Positions 25,489 through 34,725 of a stretch of DNA of 64,000 nucleotides are shown piece after piece. The stretch spans positions 167 through 64,166 of the forward strand of contig JAUNDA010000003.1 of the NCBI GenBank assembly GCA_030526295.1, in the 5' to 3' direction. Source of the DNA: Eubacteriales bacterium (GTDB lineage: Bacteria; Bacillota; Clostridia; Lachnospirales; Lachnospiraceae). The translations under genes and the position numbers were made by a program. The notes beneath the pieces were generated by a model that did no database searches, was not told where the DNA came from, and was given only the letters and a program-made list of their open reading frames with translations. Positions within the stretch are counted from its first letter, which is position 1, and each line of letters starts with the position of its first letter.

Positions 25489-27867
25489 TTATACAAGATC
25501 CGCAAGATTGATTCCGTGCTCCTCCCAGAACAGCACATCCTCAACAGGTTTATTATCCTGCTCCCAGAAGCGGTTCATGATATCCTCGTTCTTAAAGCCC
25601 TTTGCATTAAGTTCATCAAGCCACTTTACAAACTCCTCAGTACCGATTCCCTTCTCAGTAGTAAAGAGGTCGCTTCTGTCAATGAGCATGCTCAGAAGGT
25701 TCTGTACTGTCGGGTCATCAACATCATTTACATTAAAGGTACAGATAATAAGCTGTCCATCGCCTACCTTAAATGAGAAAAGGTGTGAGAAGCGTCTTAA
25801 CATATCGTCATCCATGAAGCTCTTGTTTCCTGTTACAAGGCCCTGCATACGGTCTCTTACAGGCTTATCAATTCCACAGACAATTTCATTCACACTGCAT
25901 GGGAAGTGGTCAAGGTTAACCTTTGTTCCTGCTTCAAGAAGCTTCTGCATATTTAGGTCAAAATAACGGTCAACTGCGAGCTGTCCGCAAAGCTCCTTAC
26001 TGTTGATAAAGCCTCCGAGGTTGCTTCCACGGTCCCAGATACACGGCTTAAAGCGTTCAAGTGCACCTGTCATCTGCCACTTGTTTCTCTTTGCACCGTA
26101 TTCATACATGAGAAGTACAGTTTTTCCTTCACTGAGCCTGTCAATAACCTTATCATCGAACCTGTCAGTCATGTAAAGTTCTGACTTCTCATCACCGTTT
26201 ATGAAAGCAGCGAGCTTTTCATTTTCAATGTCACACTCAGGCTTTGTAACAGGCTTATTGTGCGGATATGTCCAAATATTCCAGCTATTGACCGCTGTCT
26301 TCTCTCCATATGTGAATACAGCCTTTATCTCCCTTGCTGCCGCAACTCCCTTTGCATCAAATGAAACATCAAGCTTTACCATTTCCTGAAGTCCGCCTGC
26401 AAGAACAAACTCCTTTCCGTAGTAAATTCTCTCACCGTCAATGAATACCTCAAGATTACCCTTAATGTCCTTTGCTGCCTCAAAGTTGGAAACATAAATC
26501 TTAAAGCTTACAGTTTCATCCTCAAACCATGTTTCCTTTTCCTTATCGATAAGAACAACAAGGTCGCTGTTCATCTGCCTGAACCATGCAGGGTCGATTC
26601 CCTTATCATCATCGAAGCAGTCAACAATGCCGTTCTTGTTTTCATACTTTAAGCAGTCTGAAAACTGCAGCATTTCGAAGCCGCAAAGCTGTGAGAGTCT
26701 CAGGTTCTCAATAAAGGTTTTGGTTCCCATTTCCTTAAACCTTCTGGAGCCCTTTATGTAGTCAGGCATATAGTCCTTAAGATTCTTCCTGTCGATAAGC
26801 TCAAGTAACTCTGACATGAACCTTGGTTTCTTAATACCGTGCTTTTCAAGATACTCAGCACCTACCCTCTTAGCAAATGCGTCATATTTGTCACAGAGTG
26901 CCTGGTAATCCGGAATGTCAATGTAGTGAACTGCTTCATGTGACAATGTCGGACGAATCGGGATTGCATAGCGGTGAACCTTTGCCTTTGCACCAGTTGC
27001 CTTTGTTTCAAGATTCATAGGTTCGTCCGAAACACTTCCGTTTATCATCCAGCAGTCATCAGTCTTAAACATCTCGCGATGATGCTTGTATGGGAAATAA
27101 TATGCTATGTGCTGGTTAAAAATGTCAGCACTTGTTCTGTCAAACTCTCCCCATCCTGTGTTATCCAGAACGAGCTTAGTCGGTGCAAGAGCCTTACCCT
27201 CATCATAAAGTGCACGAACCTCCGGATAATGACCGGCATTATGCATCTCGTTTCCTATACAGAAAATTGCAACTGACGGATGGTTACGGTATTTAAGGAT
27301 TGTGTCGGTCCATGTACTGTTATTTGCTGTTACGCGCTTGTTTCCTTCTTCATCTGTTTCATATTCAAAACCGATTTCCATGTGAACAAGGAGGCCCAGT
27401 TCATCAGCTGCATTGACAAAATCCTCTGATGGAATCGTTGAATGGAATCTTACAAGGTTAAAGCCATATTTCTTTGCCTGTGAAATATTCTTCTTTGCTG
27501 CTTCAAAATCGCTCTCACCTGTCATATTTGGATGATCGTGTGCGATGATGCCGCGAATATATCCGCGAAGGAAAATCGGTTCCTCATTAAAAAGAACCTT
27601 AGATCCCTGGAATGTCCTGAGTGTGGAATGTCCGAAACGCACCCTCTCAATTCCATCGCTTATAAAATAAAGCGCGGGATTATCGAGTGACCATTTCTCA
27701 AGACCTGAAGCATCTATAACCGCCTTAAATCCCTTTTCTGTTTTTACCGAGTACAGGAACTGACAGTTAATCACGTTACCGTTAATGTCTGTGATTTCAA
27801 ACTGTTCGCATCTTTCTGCCGTCTCCACATAAAGCAGATTTGCTGTAACATCACTGTATATATACAT
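25489..27867 (-). CDS. Glycoside hydrolase family 2-like enzyme (beta-glucuronidase/galactosidase-like TIM barrel)
   Basis: 792 aa. FLRGYIRGIIAHDHP ... YGFNLVRFHSTIP ... ELGLLVHMEI ... YRNHPSVAIFCIGNE matches the GH2 catalytic-barrel pattern. The usual N-terminal sugar-binding domain seems to be absent. Confidence 0.75.
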   Translation of the reverse strand: MYIYSDVTANLLYVETAERCEQFEITDINGNVINCQFLYSVKTEKGFKAVIDASGLEKWSLDNPALYFISDGIERVRFGHSTLRTFQGSKVLFNEEPIFLRGYIRGIIAHDHPNMTGESDFEAAKKNISQAKKYGFNLVRFHSTIPSEDFVNAADELGLLVHMEIGFEYETDEEGNKRVTANNSTWTDTILKYRNHPSVAIFCIGNEMHNAGHYPEVRALYDEGKALAPTKLVLDNTGWGEFDRTSADIFNQHIAYYFPYKHHREMFKTDDCWMINGSVSDEPMNLETKATGAKAKVHRYAIPIRPTLSHEAVHYIDIPDYQALCDKYDAFAKRVGAEYLEKHGIKKPRFMSELLELIDRKNLKDYMPDYIKGSRRFKEMGTKTFIENLRLSQLCGFEMLQFSDCLKYENKNGIVDCFDDDKGIDPAWFRQMNSDLVVLIDKEKETWFEDETVSFKIYVSNFEAAKDIKGNLEVFIDGERIYYGKEFVLAGGLQEMVKLDVSFDAKGVAAAREIKAVFTYGEKTAVNSWNIWTYPHNKPVTKPECDIENEKLAAFINGDEKSELYMTDRFDDKVIDRLSEGKTVLLMYEYGAKRNKWQMTGALERFKPCIWDRGSNLGGFINSKELCGQLAVDRYFDLNMQKLLEAGTKVNLDHFPCSVNEIVCGIDKPVRDRMQGLVTGNKSFMDDDMLRRFSHLFSFKVGDGQLIICTFNVNDVDDPTVQNLLSMLIDRSDLFTTEKGIGTEEFVKWLDELNAKGFKNEDIMNRFWEQDNKPVEDVLFWEEHGINLADLV

Positions 27868-27990
27868 ATATTCCCCCCTGCTATTACATATGGTTGTCCA
27901 TATGTGAAATTCTATTTATTTTATTTATCTTTGTTTTCCTAATCTTTTTCCCTTAAAAACGCTGTCCGACTGCCTCTATTCAAAATCGGA

Positions 27991-28593
27991 TCATTCCCCT
28001 GAATCTTCCGTTTCCCTGAAGCGTTCCCTAAGTTCCAGATATGTTTTCTTATTAATCCACGCGGCAAGCTGTGTTCTTATAACAGGAACCAGGATTACCG
28101 ATGCCTCTATTCCTGTAAACAGGCTCCTCACCGGATGCAAAAGCGTGATAATCAGTGCATTTTTCAGAAGCTGTCCGACAGTCACCTTGAAGTTTGCATT
28201 AACCATATATACCTGCTCTATGAGTGCAGTAACGTATAGAACTATGACAAAGGTAAAAACCCTTATTAATAACGGCGTGCCCTCAGCCAGTCCGATTGTC
28301 ATATCAATGTAAAGTATCACATCCGCAACAATTGTTATTAGACCCGGTACTATGCCTGAACGGAATTCGTTTTTTAATTCCTTTAAATAATCAGGTACCG
28401 TGGCATCCTCACCATGCTGCCACCTTATGACCATCTTATAAAGTGATGTCTTTGCACCGCCTAAAGTCACAAGCGGAATGCAGCATATAAGGTGCAGGAG
28501 ACTCACGACAATGACGTCAAAAACCCAGTTGACTCCCCTTGCCAGTCCCTCTCCGAATCCCTCTGATGCTTTACTTATGCCCTTCTTTTTCAA
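27991..28593 (-). CDS. YesL-family (DUF624) membrane protein
   Basis: 200 aa with the typical VFDVIVVSLLHLICCIPLVTLGGAKTSLY segment. The family commonly accompanies sugar ABC/YesMN loci. Confidence 0.75.
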   Translation of the reverse strand: MKKKGISKASEGFGEGLARGVNWVFDVIVVSLLHLICCIPLVTLGGAKTSLYKMVIRWQHGEDATVPDYLKELKNEFRSGIVPGLITIVADVILYIDMTIGLAEGTPLLIRVFTFVIVLYVTALIEQVYMVNANFKVTVGQLLKNALIITLLHPVRSLFTGIEASVILVPVIRTQLAAWINKKTYLELRERFRETEDSGE

Positions 28594-28653
28594 GTAACTT
28601 CTCCTGATGTATAATAAATATTTTAAATAAATCTAATATATTTCGAATATATA

Positions 28654-29775
28654 CTAAATTTTTTTGCTTATTTCTATTCTTTCCCTGAGGAGTCGGTCAT
28701 ATTCTTCCGTATCCATTTTGATGGGATCAACAGCCCTTCCCGTCCAGTCCGAAAGCTGTATGGCATTGCAAAGCCTTACCTCATTCACTCCCTCAGTTCC
28801 CGGACATAGAAGTTCTTCACCCTTTAACACAGCATTGGCGAAGTTCTGTATCAGTACAACACAGTCCTCCCTCTCGTCATTTTCAGGTTTAAGCTCAACA
28901 GGTGTTGCGACGGGCATCTCGTACAAAGAGGAATTTGTCTCATTGAATGCTGTTTCATTCACTGAGCTTTTAAAGAAAACGAGACGTCCGTCCTCCAATA
29001 CCACCTTTCCATTTTCGCCTGAAATCTCCAGACGGTTGGTTCCCGGGAATTCATAAGTGGACGCTATAAAACTTCCCACCGCTCCGTTTGGAAATGTAAA
29101 ATAAGCTGTTACATCATTCTCAACCTCGATATCACGGTGTACTCCGTAACGGCAGAAGGCATGAACACTTTCGGGCATTCCGGCAAGATACTGGAGCATG
29201 TCTAGATTATGTGAGCACTGGTTTACAAGCACTCCTCCGCCTTCACCTCTCCAAGTTGCTCTCCAGCTTCCTGAATCGTAGTAATACTGTGTTCTGTACC
29301 AGTTGGTCGTAATCCACATTACGCGGCGAATCCCACCAAGCTCACCGCTAACAAGAAATGCCTTCAGTTTCCTGTAGACAGGCCATGCCCTGAGGTTCCA
29401 AAGCAGTGCAAATGTCTTTCCCGATTTTGCTGCGACCTCGTTCATTTCCTCAACTGACGAAGCTGTTACCCCTGCAGGCTTTTCTAGAAGTACATGAAGT
29501 CCGTTCTCAAATGCCTTAATTGCAAATTCGGGATGAAGGAAATGTGGAACGCAGATAATAACGGCATCTATCCCCCCACTACCAAGCATTAAATCAAGGT
29601 TTTCATAGACCGTCACGCCTGTACCGAGGTTTTTCCTGGCCCATTCACGTCCTTCTTCGGAACGATTCCATACGGCAGTCAGCACGGCATTTTCTATAAG
29701 TCCTCGTTGAAGCCTGTCTGCATATAATCTTCCCTGGCCGCCGAGTCCGATAATTCCGAGTCTGAGCTTATCCAT
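28654..29775 (-). CDS. Gfo/Idh/MocA-family oxidoreductase
   Basis: 373 aa. The N-terminal Rossmann motif is LRLGIIGLGGQG, with the EKP motif (LLEKPAG). Confidence 0.85.
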   Translation of the reverse strand: MDKLRLGIIGLGGQGRLYADRLQRGLIENAVLTAVWNRSEEGREWARKNLGTGVTVYENLDLMLGSGGIDAVIICVPHFLHPEFAIKAFENGLHVLLEKPAGVTASSVEEMNEVAAKSGKTFALLWNLRAWPVYRKLKAFLVSGELGGIRRVMWITTNWYRTQYYYDSGSWRATWRGEGGGVLVNQCSHNLDMLQYLAGMPESVHAFCRYGVHRDIEVENDVTAYFTFPNGAVGSFIASTYEFPGTNRLEISGENGKVVLEDGRLVFFKSSVNETAFNETNSSLYEMPVATPVELKPENDEREDCVVLIQNFANAVLKGEELLCPGTEGVNEVRLCNAIQLSDWTGRAVDPIKMDTEEYDRLLRERIEISKKI

Positions 29776-29787
29776 GATTATTACTCC

Positions 29788-31602
29788 TTATTCGTAGGAA
29801 ATAACTGTTACTGATTCAAATTCCTGTTCGTAGTATTCCCTTTCTGAATATACACATACATCCGTACGGTTCTTATCATTTGAATACGGACGGTACTCGA
29901 TGATGCCTGCCTTATCAAGCATAACCTTCTGCATCTTCTGACGCCTTCTCAGATTTATTATCTTACCATCATCAGTTACAGGCTGGGTGCTTGCGAAATA
30001 ATCTGCATATCCCGTCCTTGCGTATGGCATATGGAGATGGTTTCTAAAGTGCATCCTCTCACTTGCCTTTACATGGTCTGTTACCACGAGTTTATCCTTA
30101 AGCTCAATCTTCCTTGTCCATACAAATGATTTACCGTTCTCGCCTATGGTCTCGTTTCTGAGAATAATCCACGGATTCTCTCCGTCAAAGTGGTCGACAA
30201 TTGAGAGAATCTCGTCTGAATCATCGTGTGTGAGTCGCTCGTGAAGCGGTATCTCGTCACATGAAATAACATTGTGGCCTGACATTGTTGCATACATTGT
30301 CCTGAGGCCCTCGCAATCGTAATTCATTCCACCAGACTCATTTACAACCATGTCCTCATCGGCATAAGCGATATATGCGGGACGTCCGAAATGCTGGTGT
30401 GCCCCATACATGCCGCCCCAGATTTTCTGCTTTGGAGCCATAAGGCTCTTTTTTGAATGCGGGTCCGTTGCAATCATGTCGATATAAACCGAGAATTTAT
30501 TGTTTCTAAGGACTGCCATTCCCGATTTTTCAAAAACAACAGTACGCTTTTTTCTTTCAAAAGGAAGCGGTTCAATGGAATCAACAAACTCAATGTCACG
30601 AAGCGCATCCATAGCATAACCGTCGCCAATCTGCATTGTGATTCCCTTTGGTGATGAGAACTGATACAGATACTCGTACTGCTTTGGAAGCTTCTCGGGA
30701 ACACCAGGAATCGGCTCATATCCGTTAAGCTTAAGAAGACGGTTTGCCTCAAAATAGAGCCTTGCAATGAAATGTCCGTATGTAAGGCTGTCTTCAATAT
30801 CTATGCCTTCCTCTGTTAACTGCTTGTCACAGTTTACCTTTACGATAAACCTTCCCGTCTTTGCATAAGCCTCAGGCTCCCCAAACTCCGGGAAGAGGCA
30901 TGAAAGCATGATAAGTGCCATTCCTATCTGAAGAGAATGATTTCCTCTTGCGCTTGTACCATCCTTAACCATTCCCTCTGACTGAAGATGGCTTCTGTGA
31001 AGAAGAATCATGTCATAAACAGCCTTCCACTGCTCCTTCGTGAGTGCGTCATCCCCGCCCTCCGCGAGCATGAATACACTGTGTGTCAGGTTGATTGTCC
31101 TCCATGCCACCTGCATGTCGAACCATACCATGTCAAACCACGGACATCCCTCCGGATCCTGCGGATACTTACGATATGGGTTTTTATCAATCCAGTCGGA
31201 AAGAAGTTCAAACCACTTCTGTGAATACCTTCTGTCTCCAGTATTCATATAGGCCTGTGCTAACGGAAGAAGGAAATAAAGGCGGTGAATCCAGATATGT
31301 GCCTCCCATTCGGGATTGCAGTCCTTCTCGGTAAAATTCTTCCAAACAGCGTACCAGTCAAATTTTCCGTCATAGGTCCAGTATTCGAAGAATGTTCCTT
31401 CCTCAATCATTCTGAGCCAGTCATCACTGTTGGTTGTACCGATTACATCATTCAGAAAAAGAAATGCCCCGCCGTCAAGAATATATGTCGGGAAAATCGG
31501 TCTTTCTGAAAGCTGCTCCTTTGTATAGCAGAACTTACCTGTCTGCTCGCTTCCAAATAATTCCTTAAAATATGGTTTATGGAAATCGTTGTTCATTTTC
31601 AA
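29788..31602 (-). CDS. Heparinase II/III-like polysaccharide lyase family protein
   Basis: 604 aa with WRTINL, RGNHSLQIG and GAHQHFGRPAY blocks, typical of the alpha/alpha toroid plus beta-sandwich lyases. Confidence 0.7.
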   Translation of the reverse strand: MKMNNDFHKPYFKELFGSEQTGKFCYTKEQLSERPIFPTYILDGGAFLFLNDVIGTTNSDDWLRMIEEGTFFEYWTYDGKFDWYAVWKNFTEKDCNPEWEAHIWIHRLYFLLPLAQAYMNTGDRRYSQKWFELLSDWIDKNPYRKYPQDPEGCPWFDMVWFDMQVAWRTINLTHSVFMLAEGGDDALTKEQWKAVYDMILLHRSHLQSEGMVKDGTSARGNHSLQIGMALIMLSCLFPEFGEPEAYAKTGRFIVKVNCDKQLTEEGIDIEDSLTYGHFIARLYFEANRLLKLNGYEPIPGVPEKLPKQYEYLYQFSSPKGITMQIGDGYAMDALRDIEFVDSIEPLPFERKKRTVVFEKSGMAVLRNNKFSVYIDMIATDPHSKKSLMAPKQKIWGGMYGAHQHFGRPAYIAYADEDMVVNESGGMNYDCEGLRTMYATMSGHNVISCDEIPLHERLTHDDSDEILSIVDHFDGENPWIILRNETIGENGKSFVWTRKIELKDKLVVTDHVKASERMHFRNHLHMPYARTGYADYFASTQPVTDDGKIINLRRRQKMQKVMLDKAGIIEYRPYSNDKNRTDVCVYSEREYYEQEFESVTVISYE

Positions 31603-32780
31603 TCCTCACTAAGTTCCTTCATGTCCTCTGCAATATCCATTTTGTAAATACCGCGGAAGCCCTCATGAATTCCGTCAAACGTAAATGAATGACCATCATG
31701 CATCCATCTGACATGGTTGTCACAGCGAATATCCATATCAGAAAGAAATGGTGAATATACACGGCAGAGACTCTTTACCCTGTCAGTCTTAAAGCAGTAA
31801 AGATAAATATCACGGTAACCATCCTCTGCAGGATAGCCGTCACCGATAAAGAACTCCCTGTCAGGTGAATAATTGCAATGGATGTCATCCGGGAAGTATT
31901 CGACGCTGTACTTCTTATACTTACTGCTAAGGTCCTCTGTTTCATAAATGGTAAGTCCCTCACCGCAGTCAGCATAGATAAGTAGTGTGCGCTGATCCTT
32001 CCAGTGATAATGTGAACAAACCGTATAATGTGTCCACTGATAAAGATTTCCGTCAAGGTCACTTGAAGCCATTACCGTTCCCCACTTTTTCCCAGGTTCC
32101 GGGAAGTTTCTTAAAAGGAATACGAAGCGGTCTGATGAAGTATTGAAATTGATATGGTTAATAACAATCTTCTGACCCTTAAACTCAGGTTCGCTTACGA
32201 GCTTCTCCTCCATGTCCTTATAGGAAAAAAGGAATTTGCTCTCACCTGTCTCAAGGTTAAGAAGCCTGCAACCATCATCCTCCGGAACATTAACGTCATA
32301 CCAGGGATCCTTTTTGTTGCAGTATCCATAGCCCGGCCTGAAATCGAAAATTCGGCTCATGTTTACACATACACCCCATTTTCCATCAGGAGAAACATTT
32401 GCTATCGGATATTCAAGCGCCCTTTTCTCGCCAGTCCATACATTCTGAACAACGCTTCTGTATTCTCCGTCCTCAAATATGTTGTAAACTACCTCAGTAT
32501 TTCCGCCGCCCCTCCACTGCATGAGGCTTCCCTGCTGGAAGTTCCATGCCTTTGTTTCGGCAAACTTACGAAACTCTCCGGTTTCCATGTCAATAAGCCC
32601 AAGCTCGCTTACATCATCAGGAGTCTGAAGGCGGTCCATAAATTCAACACGGTTTGTCAGATGATATCTGTCATCCGGTGTGATTGAAGCAATATCGTAA
32701 TATCCGAAGAAATAATGCTTTCCGTCCTCTGGAGAAATTCTCTTTATTCTCTCAGAGTCGCAGCCCATAACGCCCTTCAT
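31599..32780 (-). CDS. Beta-propeller-like protein of unknown function
   Basis: ORF 31599..32834. The TTG at 32834 lies inside a GC hairpin, so ATG 32780 with an AGAGG RBS is preferred. Repeated Y/W-rich blade-like segments are present. The stop overlaps the lyase start by 4 nt. Confidence 0.55.
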   Translation of the reverse strand: MKGVMGCDSERIKRISPEDGKHYFFGYYDIASITPDDRYHLTNRVEFMDRLQTPDDVSELGLIDMETGEFRKFAETKAWNFQQGSLMQWRGGGNTEVVYNIFEDGEYRSVVQNVWTGEKRALEYPIANVSPDGKWGVCVNMSRIFDFRPGYGYCNKKDPWYDVNVPEDDGCRLLNLETGESKFLFSYKDMEEKLVSEPEFKGQKIVINHINFNTSSDRFVFLLRNFPEPGKKWGTVMASSDLDGNLYQWTHYTVCSHYHWKDQRTLLIYADCGEGLTIYETEDLSSKYKKYSVEYFPDDIHCNYSPDREFFIGDGYPAEDGYRDIYLYCFKTDRVKSLCRVYSPFLSDMDIRCDNHVRWMHDGHSFTFDGIHEGFRGIYKMDIAEDMKELSED

Positions 32781-32825
32781 TCTTTTATACCTCTGGAACC
32801 CTCTCTGAAATTTATTAATAAATGA

Positions 32826-32848
32826 GGCGGCCAATTGCCTCGGCCGCC
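32826..32848 (-). terminator. GC-rich intercistronic hairpin / partial terminator after the ABC permease genes
   Basis: GGCGGCC-N9-GGCCGCC. On the minus strand it is followed by UCAUUUAUUAAUAAAUUU. Confidence 0.4.
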
Positions 32849-32860
32849 TTAGTAGAAATA

Positions 32861-33724
32861 TTAACCCTTAAGTCCACCAACGCTGAGTCCGCTGAGAAGC
32901 TGCTTCTCACCAATCAGGAATACTATGATTGTGGGAACCAGTGCAATGACAAGTGCCGCATAAAGTGCACCCCAGTCAGTTGCATACTGCTGAACTACAT
33001 ACAGATTGGCAAGTCCAACGGGAAGTGTTCTCTTCGCATCGCTTGTAAGCGTTACAAGTGCTATCGGATACTCATTCCAAGCATTTAAGATACCAAGAAT
33101 CGTGATTGTCGAGATTCCCGAACGTGATATCGGTACTATGACATTCATGAATGTCTGGAAAGTATTGCATCCGTCAATTTCAGCTGCCTCCTCATAATCA
33201 TGAGGTATGTCACGCATATATCCACTCAAAAGGAAAATTGAGAATGGGAGCGTAAAAGCAGTATATACTACAGAAAGACCCGGAAGGCTGTTTAACATAT
33301 GAAGAGACTTCATCTCCAGGAAAAGCGGAACGATGATGTAGTTACCGGAAATGAATACGGCACACATAAATATCGTTAAAAGAAGCTTTGATCCGAAGAA
33401 TCTGAATCTTGAAAGTGCATATGAGCACGGAACTGCAGTCACAAGAAGAAGCAGGATTTTTAGAACAACAACCACGAGTGAGTTCACAGTTCCTCTTCCG
33501 ATATTTGATTTCGCCCATGCCCTTGCATAGTTATCCCACTGAAGTGACTTTGGAAGGGCATATGCATTAAGCATGTACTCAGTATTTGTCTTAAATGATG
33601 AAACCACGCTCCAAAGAAGCGGAACCACCATAAAGAAGGCTATGAAAATGAGTAAGAATCGAACGAGGTTGGTGCCGAGTATTTTTTTGAATCTGTCTTT
33701 TTTGTTGTATACCATAGCACTCAC
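32861..33724 (-). CDS. Carbohydrate ABC transporter permease (MalG-like)
   Basis: 287 aa with 6 TM segments and the EAA-like loop YEEAAEIDGCNTFQTF. Confidence 0.9.
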   Translation of the reverse strand: MSAMVYNKKDRFKKILGTNLVRFLLIFIAFFMVVPLLWSVVSSFKTNTEYMLNAYALPKSLQWDNYARAWAKSNIGRGTVNSLVVVVLKILLLLVTAVPCSYALSRFRFFGSKLLLTIFMCAVFISGNYIIVPLFLEMKSLHMLNSLPGLSVVYTAFTLPFSIFLLSGYMRDIPHDYEEAAEIDGCNTFQTFMNVIVPISRSGISTITILGILNAWNEYPIALVTLTSDAKRTLPVGLANLYVVQQYATDWGALYAALVIALVPTIIVFLIGEKQLLSGLSVGGLKG

Positions 33725-33725
33725 C

Positions 33726-34625
33726 TCACTTTACCGATCTTTCGGTGAACTTTCTCGAAATTATCGAGAGTGTTACCGAGATAACCAGCATTACTACAGT
33801 CAATGCTGATGCGTAGCCCATGCTTCCCTCCTTGATACCAATGGAATAAATATATTTCATAAGTACCTCGGAAGCGAAATTCGGACCACCATTTGTCATG
33901 ATGGTACTGTATGTATAGCTGGCACCGAGTACACCTGACATATCCATAACGAATGTAATACCGATAACGTTCTTGATGAGCGGAAGAGTTATCTTAAAAA
34001 GCTTGTCCCAGAACGTTGCTCCATCCATAACGGCCGATTCGTAAATCTCAGGTGAAATACCGTCCATTCCCGCCATTTGGAGTACCATGTAGTATCCAAA
34101 TGATGACCATATGATTGTTGCGGCTATACACCAAAGTGCAGTTGAAGCATCACCGAGCCATGTATGCTGTAACGCTGAAAGACCTATACCGCCGAGGAAT
34201 CCGTTAAGAATACCGCTTGTCGGATGATAAACAAGAGCCCACATGATTGCGACAACAGCTGACGAAAGCGTATTTGGCAGGAAGAAAAGAACAACGTAGA
34301 GATTCTTTTCCTTCAGCTTGCACTGTGAAACGATAAATGCAAGAAGCACCGCAATGGAAATCGTTATAAGCGGCGTCACAAGCATTATTTTGAATGTGTT
34401 TTTAACTGCTTTTATGAAATATTCGTCACGGACCATATATCTGAAATTATCAAGTCCGACGAATCTAGTTTTCTGACTTAAAAGAGATACCTCTGTAAAT
34501 GACATCATGATTGCCCTGCAGACAGGTATCAGCAAAAATACTGTAACCAGAACCGTAGCGGGAATGATGGCAAAAGCTATAAAGCCATATGGAAGCTTTT
34601 TAAGCCCCCTTTTTTTGTTACCCAT
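33726..34625 (-). CDS. Carbohydrate ABC transporter permease (MalF-like)
   Basis: 299 aa with 6 TM segments and the EAA-like loop YESAVMDGATFWDKLFKITLP. Confidence 0.9.
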   Translation of the reverse strand: MGNKKRGLKKLPYGFIAFAIIPATVLVTVFLLIPVCRAIMMSFTEVSLLSQKTRFVGLDNFRYMVRDEYFIKAVKNTFKIMLVTPLITISIAVLLAFIVSQCKLKEKNLYVVLFFLPNTLSSAVVAIMWALVYHPTSGILNGFLGGIGLSALQHTWLGDASTALWCIAATIIWSSFGYYMVLQMAGMDGISPEIYESAVMDGATFWDKLFKITLPLIKNVIGITFVMDMSGVLGASYTYSTIMTNGGPNFASEVLMKYIYSIGIKEGSMGYASALTVVMLVISVTLSIISRKFTERSVK

Positions 34626-34676
34626 AGTTTCCCCTTCCTATAATGTGAGTCTAAACCCAAGTTTTTTCTTTAAATA

Positions 34677-34704
34677 GAACTCCGGGTATTCACGCCCGGA
34701 GTTC
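34677..34704 (-). promoter_or_regulatory. Intercistronic stem-loop between the SBP and permease genes
   Basis: Perfect 10-bp inverted repeat GAACTCCGGG / CCCGGAGTTC with an 8-nt loop and no U-tract. It is probably an mRNA-stabilising or processing element. Confidence 0.45.
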
Positions 34705-34725
34705 TTAATTGCGTGTTTTTAAGAA

